Source: a bacterium
Lineage (GTDB): Bacteria > Patescibacteriota > CPR2 > UBA1875 > JAJYID01
Reading direction: 5' to 3'
NCBI GenBank assembly: GCA_030647205.1
Contig: JAUSJO010000005.1
Span: 138,523 to 202,522, forward strand
Length of the DNA stretch: 64,000 nucleotides
Shown here in pieces: positions 27,671 to 35,975 of this stretch; position 1 is the stretch's first letter, and each line of letters opens with the position of its first letter. A model generated the notes under the pieces. It was not told where the DNA came from, did no database searches, and saw nothing but the letters and a program-made list of their open reading frames with translations. A program made the translations under genes and the position numbers.

Positions 27671-29821
27671 ATGAATAGCCCTATAACGCTTAAAACTACA
27701 GTTTCGCAGCTTCAGGGGGTGGGCTCGGTATATCAAAAGAAACTGGAAAAACTTCACGTAGACACAGTTGAAGACTTGCTTTTGTATTTGCCGAGAACTT
27801 GGGAAGACTTTTCTAAGATTACGGAAATTGCCAAAGTCAGACCGCCGGGAACTTACTGTATACAGGGAAATATCTGGAGTATCGGTAACAAACGCTCGGT
27901 AAGAAGGCGGATGTCGATAACCGAGGCTATCATTGCCGATAAAACCGGAACCATGAAAGCAGTCTGGTTCAACCAGCCATTTCTCATAAAAAATATGAAG
28001 CAGGGTGATGAGATTTTACTTGCCGGAAGAGTAGAAAATGAATATGGCAAAATTCTCATGAAGTCGCCGGCGTATGAGAAAAAGTCCGATGAACAGACGC
28101 ATTTGGGAAAGATAGTCCCGACTTATAAAGAAACTGATGGCCTATCCTCTCGCTGGCTCAGATATCAGATAACTAAGCTGGTGAAGATCATTTACTCTTT
28201 CAAAGAGTACTTACCGGCTGATGTGATAAAAAACCAAAGTTTGATTAGCTACTCTGCCATGATTCGCCAGCTTCACTTCCCCGATAACTCATATCAGCTG
28301 GAAAAAGCGATAGATCGTCTAAACTTCGACGAGATGTTCCTCTTACAAGTTGCAGTCCAAAATCAGAGGAAGACACTCGATAAAAACCGAGCAATCTCAG
28401 TCCAGTTTAATGAGGAGTTGTCAAAAGAATTCGTCAAAAGCCTAGGATTTACGCTTACCACAGCTCAGAAAAAATCCATTTGGGAGATAATCAAAGATCT
28501 TGAAAAGCCCACTCCGATGAATAGACTTCTTGAGGGTGATGTTGGGTCAGGGAAAACCGTAGTGTCGGCAATGGCAACTTTGATGGTAGCTCGTAATGGA
28601 TTTCAAACGGTATTTTTGGCGCCCACAGAGATTCTCGCCAAACAGCACTATGAATCTTTGAAGAAAATGCTGGAACCATTTGGTGTAAGAGTTGCCTTAC
28701 TTACTGGCAAAAAAGCCCTCCTTCCTTCCGTCATTCCCGCCCCACCTTCTGTCATTCCCGCGGAGGCGGGAATCCAGTCATCACTGAAAGAGGAAAACGT
28801 GAAATCAAAAAAATCAGTGGAAGCCGAGGTTTTAAAACAGGCCAAAGAAGGGGAGATACAGGTTCTTGTCGGTACTCACGCAGTACTTAAAGAAGACATA
28901 GACTTTTGGAGCTTGGCATTCGTGATAGTTGATGAACAGCATAGATTTGGAGTAGGACAGCGCGCTAAATTACGCCAAAAATCAGGGTCAGATGGAACGA
29001 TGCCGCACTTCCTTTCAATGTCAGCAACACCAATCCCGCGGACTCTGACACTTTCGGTTTACGGTGATCTGGATATCTCGGTGATTGACGAGATGCCGCC
29101 GGGGAGGAAGAAAGTAGCGACATTCGTAATTCCACCAGAAAAGAAAGAAGATTCATATGAATTCATTCGCCAGACTGTGAAAAAGGGGAGACAGGTTTTT
29201 GTCATCTGTCCGCTGATAGATGACTCAGAAAATATGGAGCTTCGAAGCGTCACCGCAGAGTATGAGAGATTATCCAGAATGGTATTTACCGATCTCAAAA
29301 TCGCCATGATTCACGGGAAGATGAGACCGGAGGAAAAAGAAAGAATCATGAGCGACTTTGCGACCGGCAAGACAAACATCCTTGTTTCGACATCTTTGGT
29401 TGAGGTTGGTGTCGATGTGCCAAATGCGACTATCATGATTATCGAGGGCGCTGATAGATTTGGTTTGGCACAACTGCATCAGTTCCGCGGAAGAGTTGGT
29501 AGGGGAAAGTACCAGTCATATTGTTTCCTTTTCACCGACAACCAGTCTGAAACTGTTCAGAAAAGACTCGATGCGATAACTAAAACAAATGATGGGTTTA
29601 AAATTGCTGAGAAAGATCTGGAAATAAGAGGACCGGGTGAAGTTCTCGGCGAACGCCAGCACGGTCTGCCGGATATCAAGACTCAGAATCTAATGAATGT
29701 AGAGCTGATAAAAAGAACAAAAACCGAAGCCAAAAACTTCCTGAAGAAAAATGAAGTAAATGATTTCCCGTTACTCGCAGAGAAAATCTCTAAATATGAT
29801 GGGGTAGCAAATCTGGAGTAG
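27671..29821 (+). CDS. recG: ATP-dependent DNA helicase RecG, carrying an in-frame repeat insertion
   Basis: Wedge domain, helicase motifs (GDVGSGKT, DEQHRFG, SATPIPRT), and a C-terminal domain. About 25 extra residues (LLPSVIPAPPSVIPAEAGIQS...) are encoded by 28718-28780. Confidence 0.92.
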   Translation: MNSPITLKTTVSQLQGVGSVYQKKLEKLHVDTVEDLLLYLPRTWEDFSKITEIAKVRPPGTYCIQGNIWSIGNKRSVRRRMSITEAIIADKTGTMKAVWFNQPFLIKNMKQGDEILLAGRVENEYGKILMKSPAYEKKSDEQTHLGKIVPTYKETDGLSSRWLRYQITKLVKIIYSFKEYLPADVIKNQSLISYSAMIRQLHFPDNSYQLEKAIDRLNFDEMFLLQVAVQNQRKTLDKNRAISVQFNEELSKEFVKSLGFTLTTAQKKSIWEIIKDLEKPTPMNRLLEGDVGSGKTVVSAMATLMVARNGFQTVFLAPTEILAKQHYESLKKMLEPFGVRVALLTGKKALLPSVIPAPPSVIPAEAGIQSSLKEENVKSKKSVEAEVLKQAKEGEIQVLVGTHAVLKEDIDFWSLAFVIVDEQHRFGVGQRAKLRQKSGSDGTMPHFLSMSATPIPRTLTLSVYGDLDISVIDEMPPGRKKVATFVIPPEKKEDSYEFIRQTVKKGRQVFVICPLIDDSENMELRSVTAEYERLSRMVFTDLKIAMIHGKMRPEEKERIMSDFATGKTNILVSTSLVEVGVDVPNATIMIIEGADRFGLAQLHQFRGRVGRGKYQSYCFLFTDNQSETVQKRLDAITKTNDGFKIAEKDLEIRGPGEVLGERQHGLPDIKTQNLMNVELIKRTKTEAKNFLKKNEVNDFPLLAEKISKYDGVANLE
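28718..28780 (+). repeat. Fragment of the dispersed palindromic repeat inserted in frame within recG
   Basis: ccgtcattcccgccccaccttctgtcattcccgcggaggcgggaatccag. The 27-mer gtcattcccgcggaggcgggaatccag is identical to the intergenic copies at 10377-10403 and 16947-16973. Confidence 0.85.
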
Positions 29822-29834
29822 TTGCAAAAAACTC

Positions 29835-29864
29835 TTGTAACACGAACGAGACATATGTTATAAT
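29835..29864 (+). promoter_or_regulatory. Promoter for the HTH-doc operon
   Basis: ttgtaa, 18 nt, tataat. Confidence 0.5.
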
Positions 29865-29893
29865 CATTACATAAGTCAAAGGAATGTTATAAA

Positions 29894-30148
29894 ATGGAAA
29901 AATCAAAGTTCATTAGTGTCAAAGAGGCAATGGATATAACTGGATATTCTCGTGTTCATGTTATCCGGCTTATTAATGATGGGAAAATACAAGCAGAGAA
30001 AGTGGGCCATACCTATATGGTTGATAGGAATTCACTCGGCGGGATTTACAAGGAAATGACAGAAGCGGATAAGAAAAAAGTTACAGAGGCAGTAGATAGG
30101 ACTTTCAAGGAATATGGAGACGTTCTAAAAAGGTTGGGTAAAGAATAA
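29894..30148 (+). CDS. Helix-turn-helix (excisionase/MerR-like) putative antitoxin
   Basis: ISVKEAMDITGYSRVHVIRLINDGKI HTH motif. The stop overlaps the start of the Doc gene (ATGA). Confidence 0.6.
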   Translation: MEKSKFISVKEAMDITGYSRVHVIRLINDGKIQAEKVGHTYMVDRNSLGGIYKEMTEADKKKVTEAVDRTFKEYGDVLKRLGKE

Positions 30149-30564
30149 TGAAGCCGGTAACTATCCAGGAAGTAGAGCTGATAGCTCATAAGCTGGCCAA
30201 GAAAATGATGACTTGGAATGAACCGATTCCTGACTTTGGCACTCGCTATCCGGGTATCCTAGAAAGCTGTCTGGCAAATGCCTTTCAAACATATGCCAAA
30301 AAGGATCTATACCCGACGCTAGAAGATAAAGCGGCGATTATTTTCTATCAAATGATTAAAAACCATCCCTTTGTGAATGGCAACAAGCGCATTGCCGTAA
30401 CGACACTTTTTACCTTTTTGGTAATTAACGATAAGTGGCTAGACGTGCAAAGAGAGGATCTTTATCGTGTGGCGGTGTGGGTCGCAGAAAGCCCGGCGCC
30501 ACTTAAGGATGGGACACTCTTGGCGATAAAAGATTTAGTTAAGCTTACCATGGAGGATGCTTGA
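30148..30564 (+). CDS. doc: Doc (death-on-curing) / Fic-fold toxin
   Basis: Signature HPFVNGNKR (Doc motif HxFx(D/N)GNKR). 138 aa. Confidence 0.75.
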   Translation: MKPVTIQEVELIAHKLAKKMMTWNEPIPDFGTRYPGILESCLANAFQTYAKKDLYPTLEDKAAIIFYQMIKNHPFVNGNKRIAVTTLFTFLVINDKWLDVQREDLYRVAVWVAESPAPLKDGTLLAIKDLVKLTMEDA

Positions 30565-31682
30565 AAAATCAGGAAAATATAGAAGAAGAAAGCAACTCTA
30601 AGGGCATTACAATTGGTGTTGGAGGAATACCATTCCCTTATGTTGACTACCTTAAATCCTATCAGAGAAATATAGACCAAATATATGTCTCATCGGGAAT
30701 AAAGGCTATTAGCGATTTAAATAGGAGTATTTTACCCAATATCTCTAGTCCGCTGTATAAAGGTCTAAGGGATTCTTTGAGCATACAAGAGTCCTTAATT
30801 CAGGGGCTTCAAAGGGTGGGAAAGGACCTCACTCTGTCTTCGAATTTAATGCAGGAAACGTCAAAGAATCTAATTGTGCCTTTAGATAGGGCAATCAGTA
30901 ATTTGGGTGGGTTGGCAGATGCACTGGAGGGTACGCCGTATTTACGAGGCGTAAAATTGACCAGCTCTCTTGTTGGTTCTTTGGAAGTTCAGCAAAGTCA
31001 AATATTACATGGATTAAAAACTATTTCTACTAAGAATGACTTGACCAAGTTTACAAATGTAATAAATCCGGGTATTTCTTTATTTTCTTCAGGCATTTCT
31101 AAGATAGTGGACTCGACTTCCGTTTTTGAAAATACACTTGTAAAGGAAGAAAAATCAGAGAGAGCAGAAAGACCAGACAGCAAGGAACAACAGAAGCTTG
31201 ATGAAATATTGAACGGGATAAACACTAAATTTGTCGAACGAAGAAAGGCCTGTTGGGAGACATTTTCTAAAAAGGGCAACGATTATATAGGTCAGTCCGC
31301 AAGTTCAATGAGGAGACTAATAGATGGGTTACTTAGAGAACTGGCCCCAAGGGAAGCAGTCCAACAAACGGAATTTTACAAAAAAAGAATTCAAAATTAT
31401 AATGAAAAAACACTAGAAGAAAAATCGAAGGTTACGAGGAAAGATCGTATTTATTACATATTGGATTATGATAAGAATGAGAGAGACGATATTTTTAAGA
31501 GGGTTATCAAAGTTATTGAATCGATAGTGGAAACACTAGATCACCTAAATGCATGGGATCACGAACCCATTGATGAAGATGGGTTTGTGTGCGGAGTATT
31601 CATAACAATAGAAGGTCAGCTGCTTGCCTTATTATCGATGCGGGATAGTATTGCTATAGAAAAAGGGCAGAATAAGATATAA
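30561..31682 (+). CDS. Hypothetical 373-aa protein translationally coupled to doc
   Basis: A 4-nt overlap with the doc stop. Alpha-helical, with no membrane segments. The C-terminal half has ERRKACWETF...MRRLIDGLLRELAP. Confidence 0.5.
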   Translation: MKNQENIEEESNSKGITIGVGGIPFPYVDYLKSYQRNIDQIYVSSGIKAISDLNRSILPNISSPLYKGLRDSLSIQESLIQGLQRVGKDLTLSSNLMQETSKNLIVPLDRAISNLGGLADALEGTPYLRGVKLTSSLVGSLEVQQSQILHGLKTISTKNDLTKFTNVINPGISLFSSGISKIVDSTSVFENTLVKEEKSERAERPDSKEQQKLDEILNGINTKFVERRKACWETFSKKGNDYIGQSASSMRRLIDGLLRELAPREAVQQTEFYKKRIQNYNEKTLEEKSKVTRKDRIYYILDYDKNERDDIFKRVIKVIESIVETLDHLNAWDHEPIDEDGFVCGVFITIEGQLLALLSMRDSIAIEKGQNKI

Positions 31683-31713
31683 TAATTAATATAAGAATAA
31701 GAGGAGATAAAAA

Positions 31714-32001
31714 ATGAATCAACAACCACAACAACAAGTACAAATCAAGGCTGATGACCAGACGGCCAAAGGTGTATACACCAACAACTTAATCATTGGT
31801 CACACAAAAGAGGAGTTTGTGCTGGATTTTCTAAATGTGTTCCCACCACAGGGAGCACTGGTTTCTCGTGTATTCACAAGTCCGGGTCATGCAAAAAGAA
31901 TTGTAAAAGCGCTTGAAGAGAATGTAAAAAAATACGAAAAGCAGTTTGGTAAAATAGAAGAGTCGGAAGCTCCTGACGGCGATATCGGTTTTAAGGCCTA
32001 A
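31714..32001 (+). CDS. DUF3467-like small protein
   Basis: Q-rich N-terminus then GVYTNNLIIGHTKEEFVLDF, a pattern typical of DUF3467. RBS gaggag. Confidence 0.55.
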   Translation: MNQQPQQQVQIKADDQTAKGVYTNNLIIGHTKEEFVLDFLNVFPPQGALVSRVFTSPGHAKRIVKALEENVKKYEKQFGKIEESEAPDGDIGFKA

Positions 32002-32008
32002 TAAAAAG

Positions 32009-32035
32009 GCGCCCCTTGCGGGGGCGCCGAGTAGA
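32009..32035. terminator. Bidirectional terminator
   Basis: ggcgcccc ttgc ggggcgcc with flanking A/T runs, between convergent genes. Confidence 0.65.
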
Positions 32036-32048
32036 ACTCTGGAAATGG

Positions 32049-32447
32049 TTAGCAGGGGATAAAAGTGTAGATTCCTTCGCAGACCATTTCCGTTTGGTCA
32101 TACTTGTAAATCGTCACGTTTGCCCTGATACCGGTTGGGATATCCTTTGATTCTGAGAGAGACAGCGTTGTCCGAAGCTTATCTCCGGCAGAAATGAACT
32201 TGTAGAAATGGACGGATTCGATAGTTCCGAGCAGTAGTTTTTCTGCTTCCGTGGATGGGTCACTTTCGATAATGTGAGCTGCAATTCTTGCCATTAGTTC
32301 TACGAGAGGGAAAGCTCGCATTACCCCTTTTTCGGCATCAAGATAATGTGGATCTTCTCCTACAACCGTAAAAGCTTCTATACCACCATCATCAGTATGC
32401 ATGACAGTAGTAGTATCCATGAGATCCTGAATTCCTGTTACGTTCAT
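32049..32447 (-). CDS. Hotdog-fold (thioesterase/dehydratase-like) protein
   Basis: 132 aa. Secondary-structure pattern and size are consistent with a hotdog fold. The family assignment is uncertain. Confidence 0.4.
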   Translation of the reverse strand: MNVTGIQDLMDTTTVMHTDDGGIEAFTVVGEDPHYLDAEKGVMRAFPLVELMARIAAHIIESDPSTEAEKLLLGTIESVHFYKFISAGDKLRTTLSLSESKDIPTGIRANVTIYKYDQTEMVCEGIYTFIPC

Positions 32448-32571
32448 TAGGGGTCTCCTTATATAAGGTTACGTTGGCAGGGCCAAAATTTGAGATATTA
32501 TCTTACCATAAAAACGAGGTTTTATCAACATAATCCTTATAAAAAAAGGAATTTTAAGATATATTAAAATC

Positions 32572-33144
32572 ATGAGGCAAAAATACGGATATTATCATGG
32601 CAGATTCCAGCCGTTTCACAACGGTCACTTGGCGAATGTCAAAAAGATGCTAGAAAATCATGAAGAAATTATTATTGGTATTTCTAACCCATTTCGCTTG
32701 CCTGCAGTTTTTGAAGAAGGCGACTCGGCAGAACTGAGAGCAAGTGTGGAAAAAGGGAGAAAAAACGAGAATAATCCATACACATTTTGGCAGAGAATGA
32801 CCATGATCAGAAAGTCACTAGATAAAGAAGGAATAGACTTAGGCAGAGTCATGATCGTTCCAAATGCAACAAGGAATGGACTGCCTGCAGATGAGATGAT
32901 ACCTGCCAGAGATGACATGGTAATATACTCTGTCCCCAAGCAAGTTCACAACAAAGAAATTATAGAGAACCGCAAAAAGATGGGCTATGAAGTGGTAACT
33001 CTGGAAAAAGTTGATACGCCAACGGGAGGGAAGATAAGGGAAATGATAAAAGAGGGAGATGTAACCTGGAAAGAGTTTGTCCCTGAAGGAACAGTAGAAG
33101 TTGTAGAGTTGGCAGAGAAAAAGAGCTTAAGTAAAAATGGATAA
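32572..33144 (+). CDS. nadM: Nicotinamide-nucleotide adenylyltransferase, archaeal NadM type
   Basis: N-terminal GRFQPFHNGH (HxGH nucleotidyltransferase motif in the NadM arrangement). About 170-190 aa. Confidence 0.7.
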   Translation: MRQKYGYYHGRFQPFHNGHLANVKKMLENHEEIIIGISNPFRLPAVFEEGDSAELRASVEKGRKNENNPYTFWQRMTMIRKSLDKEGIDLGRVMIVPNATRNGLPADEMIPARDDMVIYSVPKQVHNKEIIENRKKMGYEVVTLEKVDTPTGGKIREMIKEGDVTWKEFVPEGTVEVVELAEKKSLSKNG

Positions 33145-33355
33145 TACTGATCTGTCATTCCGCTCGCCACTGCGCATAAGCCGGTCGAAATGACAAACTG
33201 TTGTATAATCTCAATTATGGAAAAGAAATGTAGTACTAGTTGCCCAGAGTAATGACTTGCAATATATAACCATTATGATATAATATAGTTATTCTAAAGC
33301 AGTGATGAGGGACTGCAAAGAGCGTTCTTTTTCAGTTTATCGACAGGAGGAGACT

Positions 33356-33964
33356 ATGATGGCTGACACAAAGGAACTTAAAGCAGAGGGAGACTACTGG
33401 TATGCCCTTCAGGGTTTAGGCGAAGAAGTGTACTCAATTCGTCATAGCGCTTATCATGCAGAGGTTGAAATTGGTACTGAGACGGAAGAGCACATTGATG
33501 ACATACGGGAGCTGAAACTCAAGCTTGTTAACGAGATAGTAGAAAAATTCAACGTTATATTCCCCGATCCAGGCGTGAAACGAGGAGAGGAAAAGCCTGC
33601 TCCTGAAGGAAAGGAACATTATTGGCACTGGTACGAAAGGGTGAAGGCACAGCTGAGCCGTGATGTTTTCAATGCGCTTGTTTGTTCTGGTTGCCCCTTT
33701 ACTAGCGGATATGAAGGCCATTATTTCCAAAGAGTTCCTTGCGGTATTTGCAGCGGCTATATCAACATTGATGTGGCCGAAGATGAGCCAAGGAGTAAAT
33801 GCCCAGCAGATAAGATGGGCGATGATGATAGTACATGGAGAGAGGTCGCTATATGCGAGAGGTCGGAAGAAACGCTGGATGACCAGATTCTAAGAGAGTT
33901 TGGTTTTGAGGAATATCTTGCTTTCAAGGACAAACAGGCCGAGATAGAAGCTAAGGCGGGGTAA
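33356..33964 (+). CDS. Cys-rich hypothetical protein, GC-rich orphan
   Basis: RBS aggagg 5 nt before the ATG at 33356. CSGCPF...CGICSGY...KCPADK cysteine cluster. Confidence 0.5.
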   Translation: MMADTKELKAEGDYWYALQGLGEEVYSIRHSAYHAEVEIGTETEEHIDDIRELKLKLVNEIVEKFNVIFPDPGVKRGEEKPAPEGKEHYWHWYERVKAQLSRDVFNALVCSGCPFTSGYEGHYFQRVPCGICSGYINIDVAEDEPRSKCPADKMGDDDSTWREVAICERSEETLDDQILREFGFEEYLAFKDKQAEIEAKAG

Positions 33965-34020
33965 CGTTAACATATGTCAGAAAGTGAGGAGGCGACATTG
34001 TATTCAAGGCAATTGTCCAC

Positions 34021-34179
34021 ATGCTTGGAGGCTTAATACTTGCCGTCGTAGCAACGATAGTACAAGGCCCAGTATTGATTTTCCTCGTTCCCGCTGCAAT
34101 ATTCTTCATCAAGGGAATACTCATGTTGTATTTCTCCAGAAGTGAAAGAAGAAAGGAAGTAGCAAAAAGCTATAGCTAA
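34021..34179 (+). CDS. Possible 52-aa single-pass membrane mini-protein
   Basis: Unlisted short ORF MLGGLILAVVATIVQGPVLIFLVPAAIFFIKGILMLYFSRSERRKEVAKSYS, followed by a hairpin plus T run at 34188-34240. The RBS is weak. Confidence 0.25.
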   Translation: MLGGLILAVVATIVQGPVLIFLVPAAIFFIKGILMLYFSRSERRKEVAKSYS

Positions 34180-34252
34180 ATTACAAACCCCTTTAGGGCG
34201 CTTTAAAAGAGAAGCCTCGAGAGGGGTTTTTCTTTTCTGCTATAATAAAGCC

Positions 34253-34636
34253 ATGGAAGATAAAGAAAACAAAAAACAGAAAATCTATAATCACATTGGC
34301 ATCCTCCTTGTCATTGGGATACTTGGCGGAGCGGGATTACTTTTAGTTAAGTATTCCGATGGGAAAAAAGAACCGATTAAGATTACTGAGCCGCCGAAAA
34401 CGCAGCAGGCGCAACCTGCAGAAGTGAAGGGCGAACAGGTCTCGGCGAAAGTGAATATCAACACTGCTAGCTTAGAAGACTTAGATAAATTAACAGGCAT
34501 CGGCCCGGCAACAGCTCAAAAAATTATCGACTACCGAACCCAAAACGGTCTATTTAAAACAATTGAAGACATTAAAAATGTTTCAGGTATTGGTGACTCT
34601 AAATTTGAAGCGATTAAAGATAGCATAAGTTTATAA
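34253..34636 (+). CDS. comEA: ComEA-like helix-hairpin-helix DNA-binding competence protein
   Basis: N-terminal TM, then VNINTASLEDLDKLTGIGPATAQKIIDYR...GIGDSKFEAIK (tandem HhH). Confidence 0.8.
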   Translation: MEDKENKKQKIYNHIGILLVIGILGGAGLLLVKYSDGKKEPIKITEPPKTQQAQPAEVKGEQVSAKVNINTASLEDLDKLTGIGPATAQKIIDYRTQNGLFKTIEDIKNVSGIGDSKFEAIKDSISL

Positions 34637-34644
34637 GGAGTGAA

Positions 34645-34986
34645 ATGTCATTTTATAAAAGCCACAGACAAGAGCCACACTTTTCTAATGTGAAGGAGGG
34701 AAAGAAAGTTATTGAAGTAAGGCTGAGAAAAGGAAAGTACGCGGAGGTTAAGGCTGGCGATATTTTTGAGGTTCAAAGGCCTGATGAGAGTGAAAGCTTT
34801 AGAGTGAAAGTTGTTGGAACGACCTACTATAATAGTTTCAAGAAAATGGCTGAGAATGAGAATTTCAAGGAAATTATTCCGGAGGCAAAAGATGTTAGCG
34901 ATGTAGTAAAGGCATGCAGGGAGTTTTACTCAGAAGAACAGGAAAAAGAGTTCGGAGTGGTCGCGTTAAGGGTGAAAGTTTTATGA
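34645..34986 (+). CDS. ASCH-domain protein
   Basis: 113 aa beta-barrel-type sequence with the ASCH-like motif positions (EVRLRKGKYAEVKAGDIFEV...). Confidence 0.6.
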   Translation: MSFYKSHRQEPHFSNVKEGKKVIEVRLRKGKYAEVKAGDIFEVQRPDESESFRVKVVGTTYYNSFKKMAENENFKEIIPEAKDVSDVVKACREFYSEEQEKEFGVVALRVKVL

Positions 34987-35423
34987 AATACTTTGCATAC
35001 GGTTCGAATATGAATTTCAAACAAATGGATGACCGATGTCCAGACGCTAAATTCTTGAAAAAAGTATATCTAGAGGATTATCGATTCATTTATGACAAGG
35101 GATGCGACTGGTGGAGAACTTGCGGGAATATCACTGAGTCAAAGGGCGATATTGTTTGGGGAGGGCTTTTTGAAATTAGCGATAATGATTTAAAAAATCT
35201 TGATGAGTATGAACAATATGACAAAGGCCTTTATGATAGGAAGATATTTGAGTTAAAAGACGAAGAAGGGGAGCTGACTAAGGCAATTTCTTATTTTCGA
35301 GAAACTGAGGTTGAAGCTGTTCCATGCGAAGAATATCAAAATATCGTAGTGCAGGGCGCAAAAGACTGTGGTTTACCGGAAGAGTACATCTCATTTTTAG
35401 CTAGCGAAAAGGTAAAAGTATAG
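34983..35423 (+). CDS. Gamma-glutamylcyclotransferase (AIG2/GGCT-like) family protein
   Basis: N-terminal YFAYGSNM motif. ATG at 34983 overlaps the upstream stop. Confidence 0.7.
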   Translation: MKYFAYGSNMNFKQMDDRCPDAKFLKKVYLEDYRFIYDKGCDWWRTCGNITESKGDIVWGGLFEISDNDLKNLDEYEQYDKGLYDRKIFELKDEEGELTKAISYFRETEVEAVPCEEYQNIVVQGAKDCGLPEEYISFLASEKVKV

Positions 35424-35532
35424 TTTTAAAATTCGTGATAATCTCCGATGTTTTTTAAACTTGTGGAGACTACTATTGTGCATAGCTGTACCTAATACGT
35501 TCGCCAAGTCTTCTTTCAAGGGGGAGATCGAA

Positions 35533-35892
35533 ATGACGCAAACAAAAACACCCAGGGAGTATGTCGAAAACTTTGTGAAGGTATCTCTGGGTATATGTGC
35601 AAAAGACATGGGTTTCCATGTCCATACAGAGAGAGAAGTAGAAGAAATAATGGATACGCTGGACGCACATCCATTCTTGAAGCTTTTCGGGGACAGGGAA
35701 ATCGTCTTTCGGGAATATCCGGACTCATCTAGATACGCCAAGAGGTTTGCTAATGACATATTGGCAGTTCGTTTGGGTAGAGGGGACGAAAAGACCATTG
35801 TTATTTTAGAAGCCTCTGCGCTTTTAGGACGTTGGTCGAAAGAGCTGGTTTCCCAGTTGAAAAATAGTGTTAGAGCCAAAGAGAATGCTTAG
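35533..35892 (+). CDS. Hypothetical protein (119 aa)
   Basis: RBS aagggggag before the ATG at 35533. The track start at 35461 lacks an RBS. Confidence 0.45.
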   Translation: MTQTKTPREYVENFVKVSLGICAKDMGFHVHTEREVEEIMDTLDAHPFLKLFGDREIVFREYPDSSRYAKRFANDILAVRLGRGDEKTIVILEASALLGRWSKELVSQLKNSVRAKENA

Positions 35893-35903
35893 GTGCGGTG
35901 GAA

Positions 35904-35948
35904 GCGGGAAACGGCCCATTAGGGCCGTTTCCCGCGAGGCTTTTTAAC
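35904..35948 (+). terminator. Intrinsic terminator
   Basis: gcgggaaacggccc atta gggccgtttcccgc followed by gaggcttttt. Confidence 0.7.
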
Positions 35949-35975
35949 TCTTATAACTTAATATATAATGAAAAT

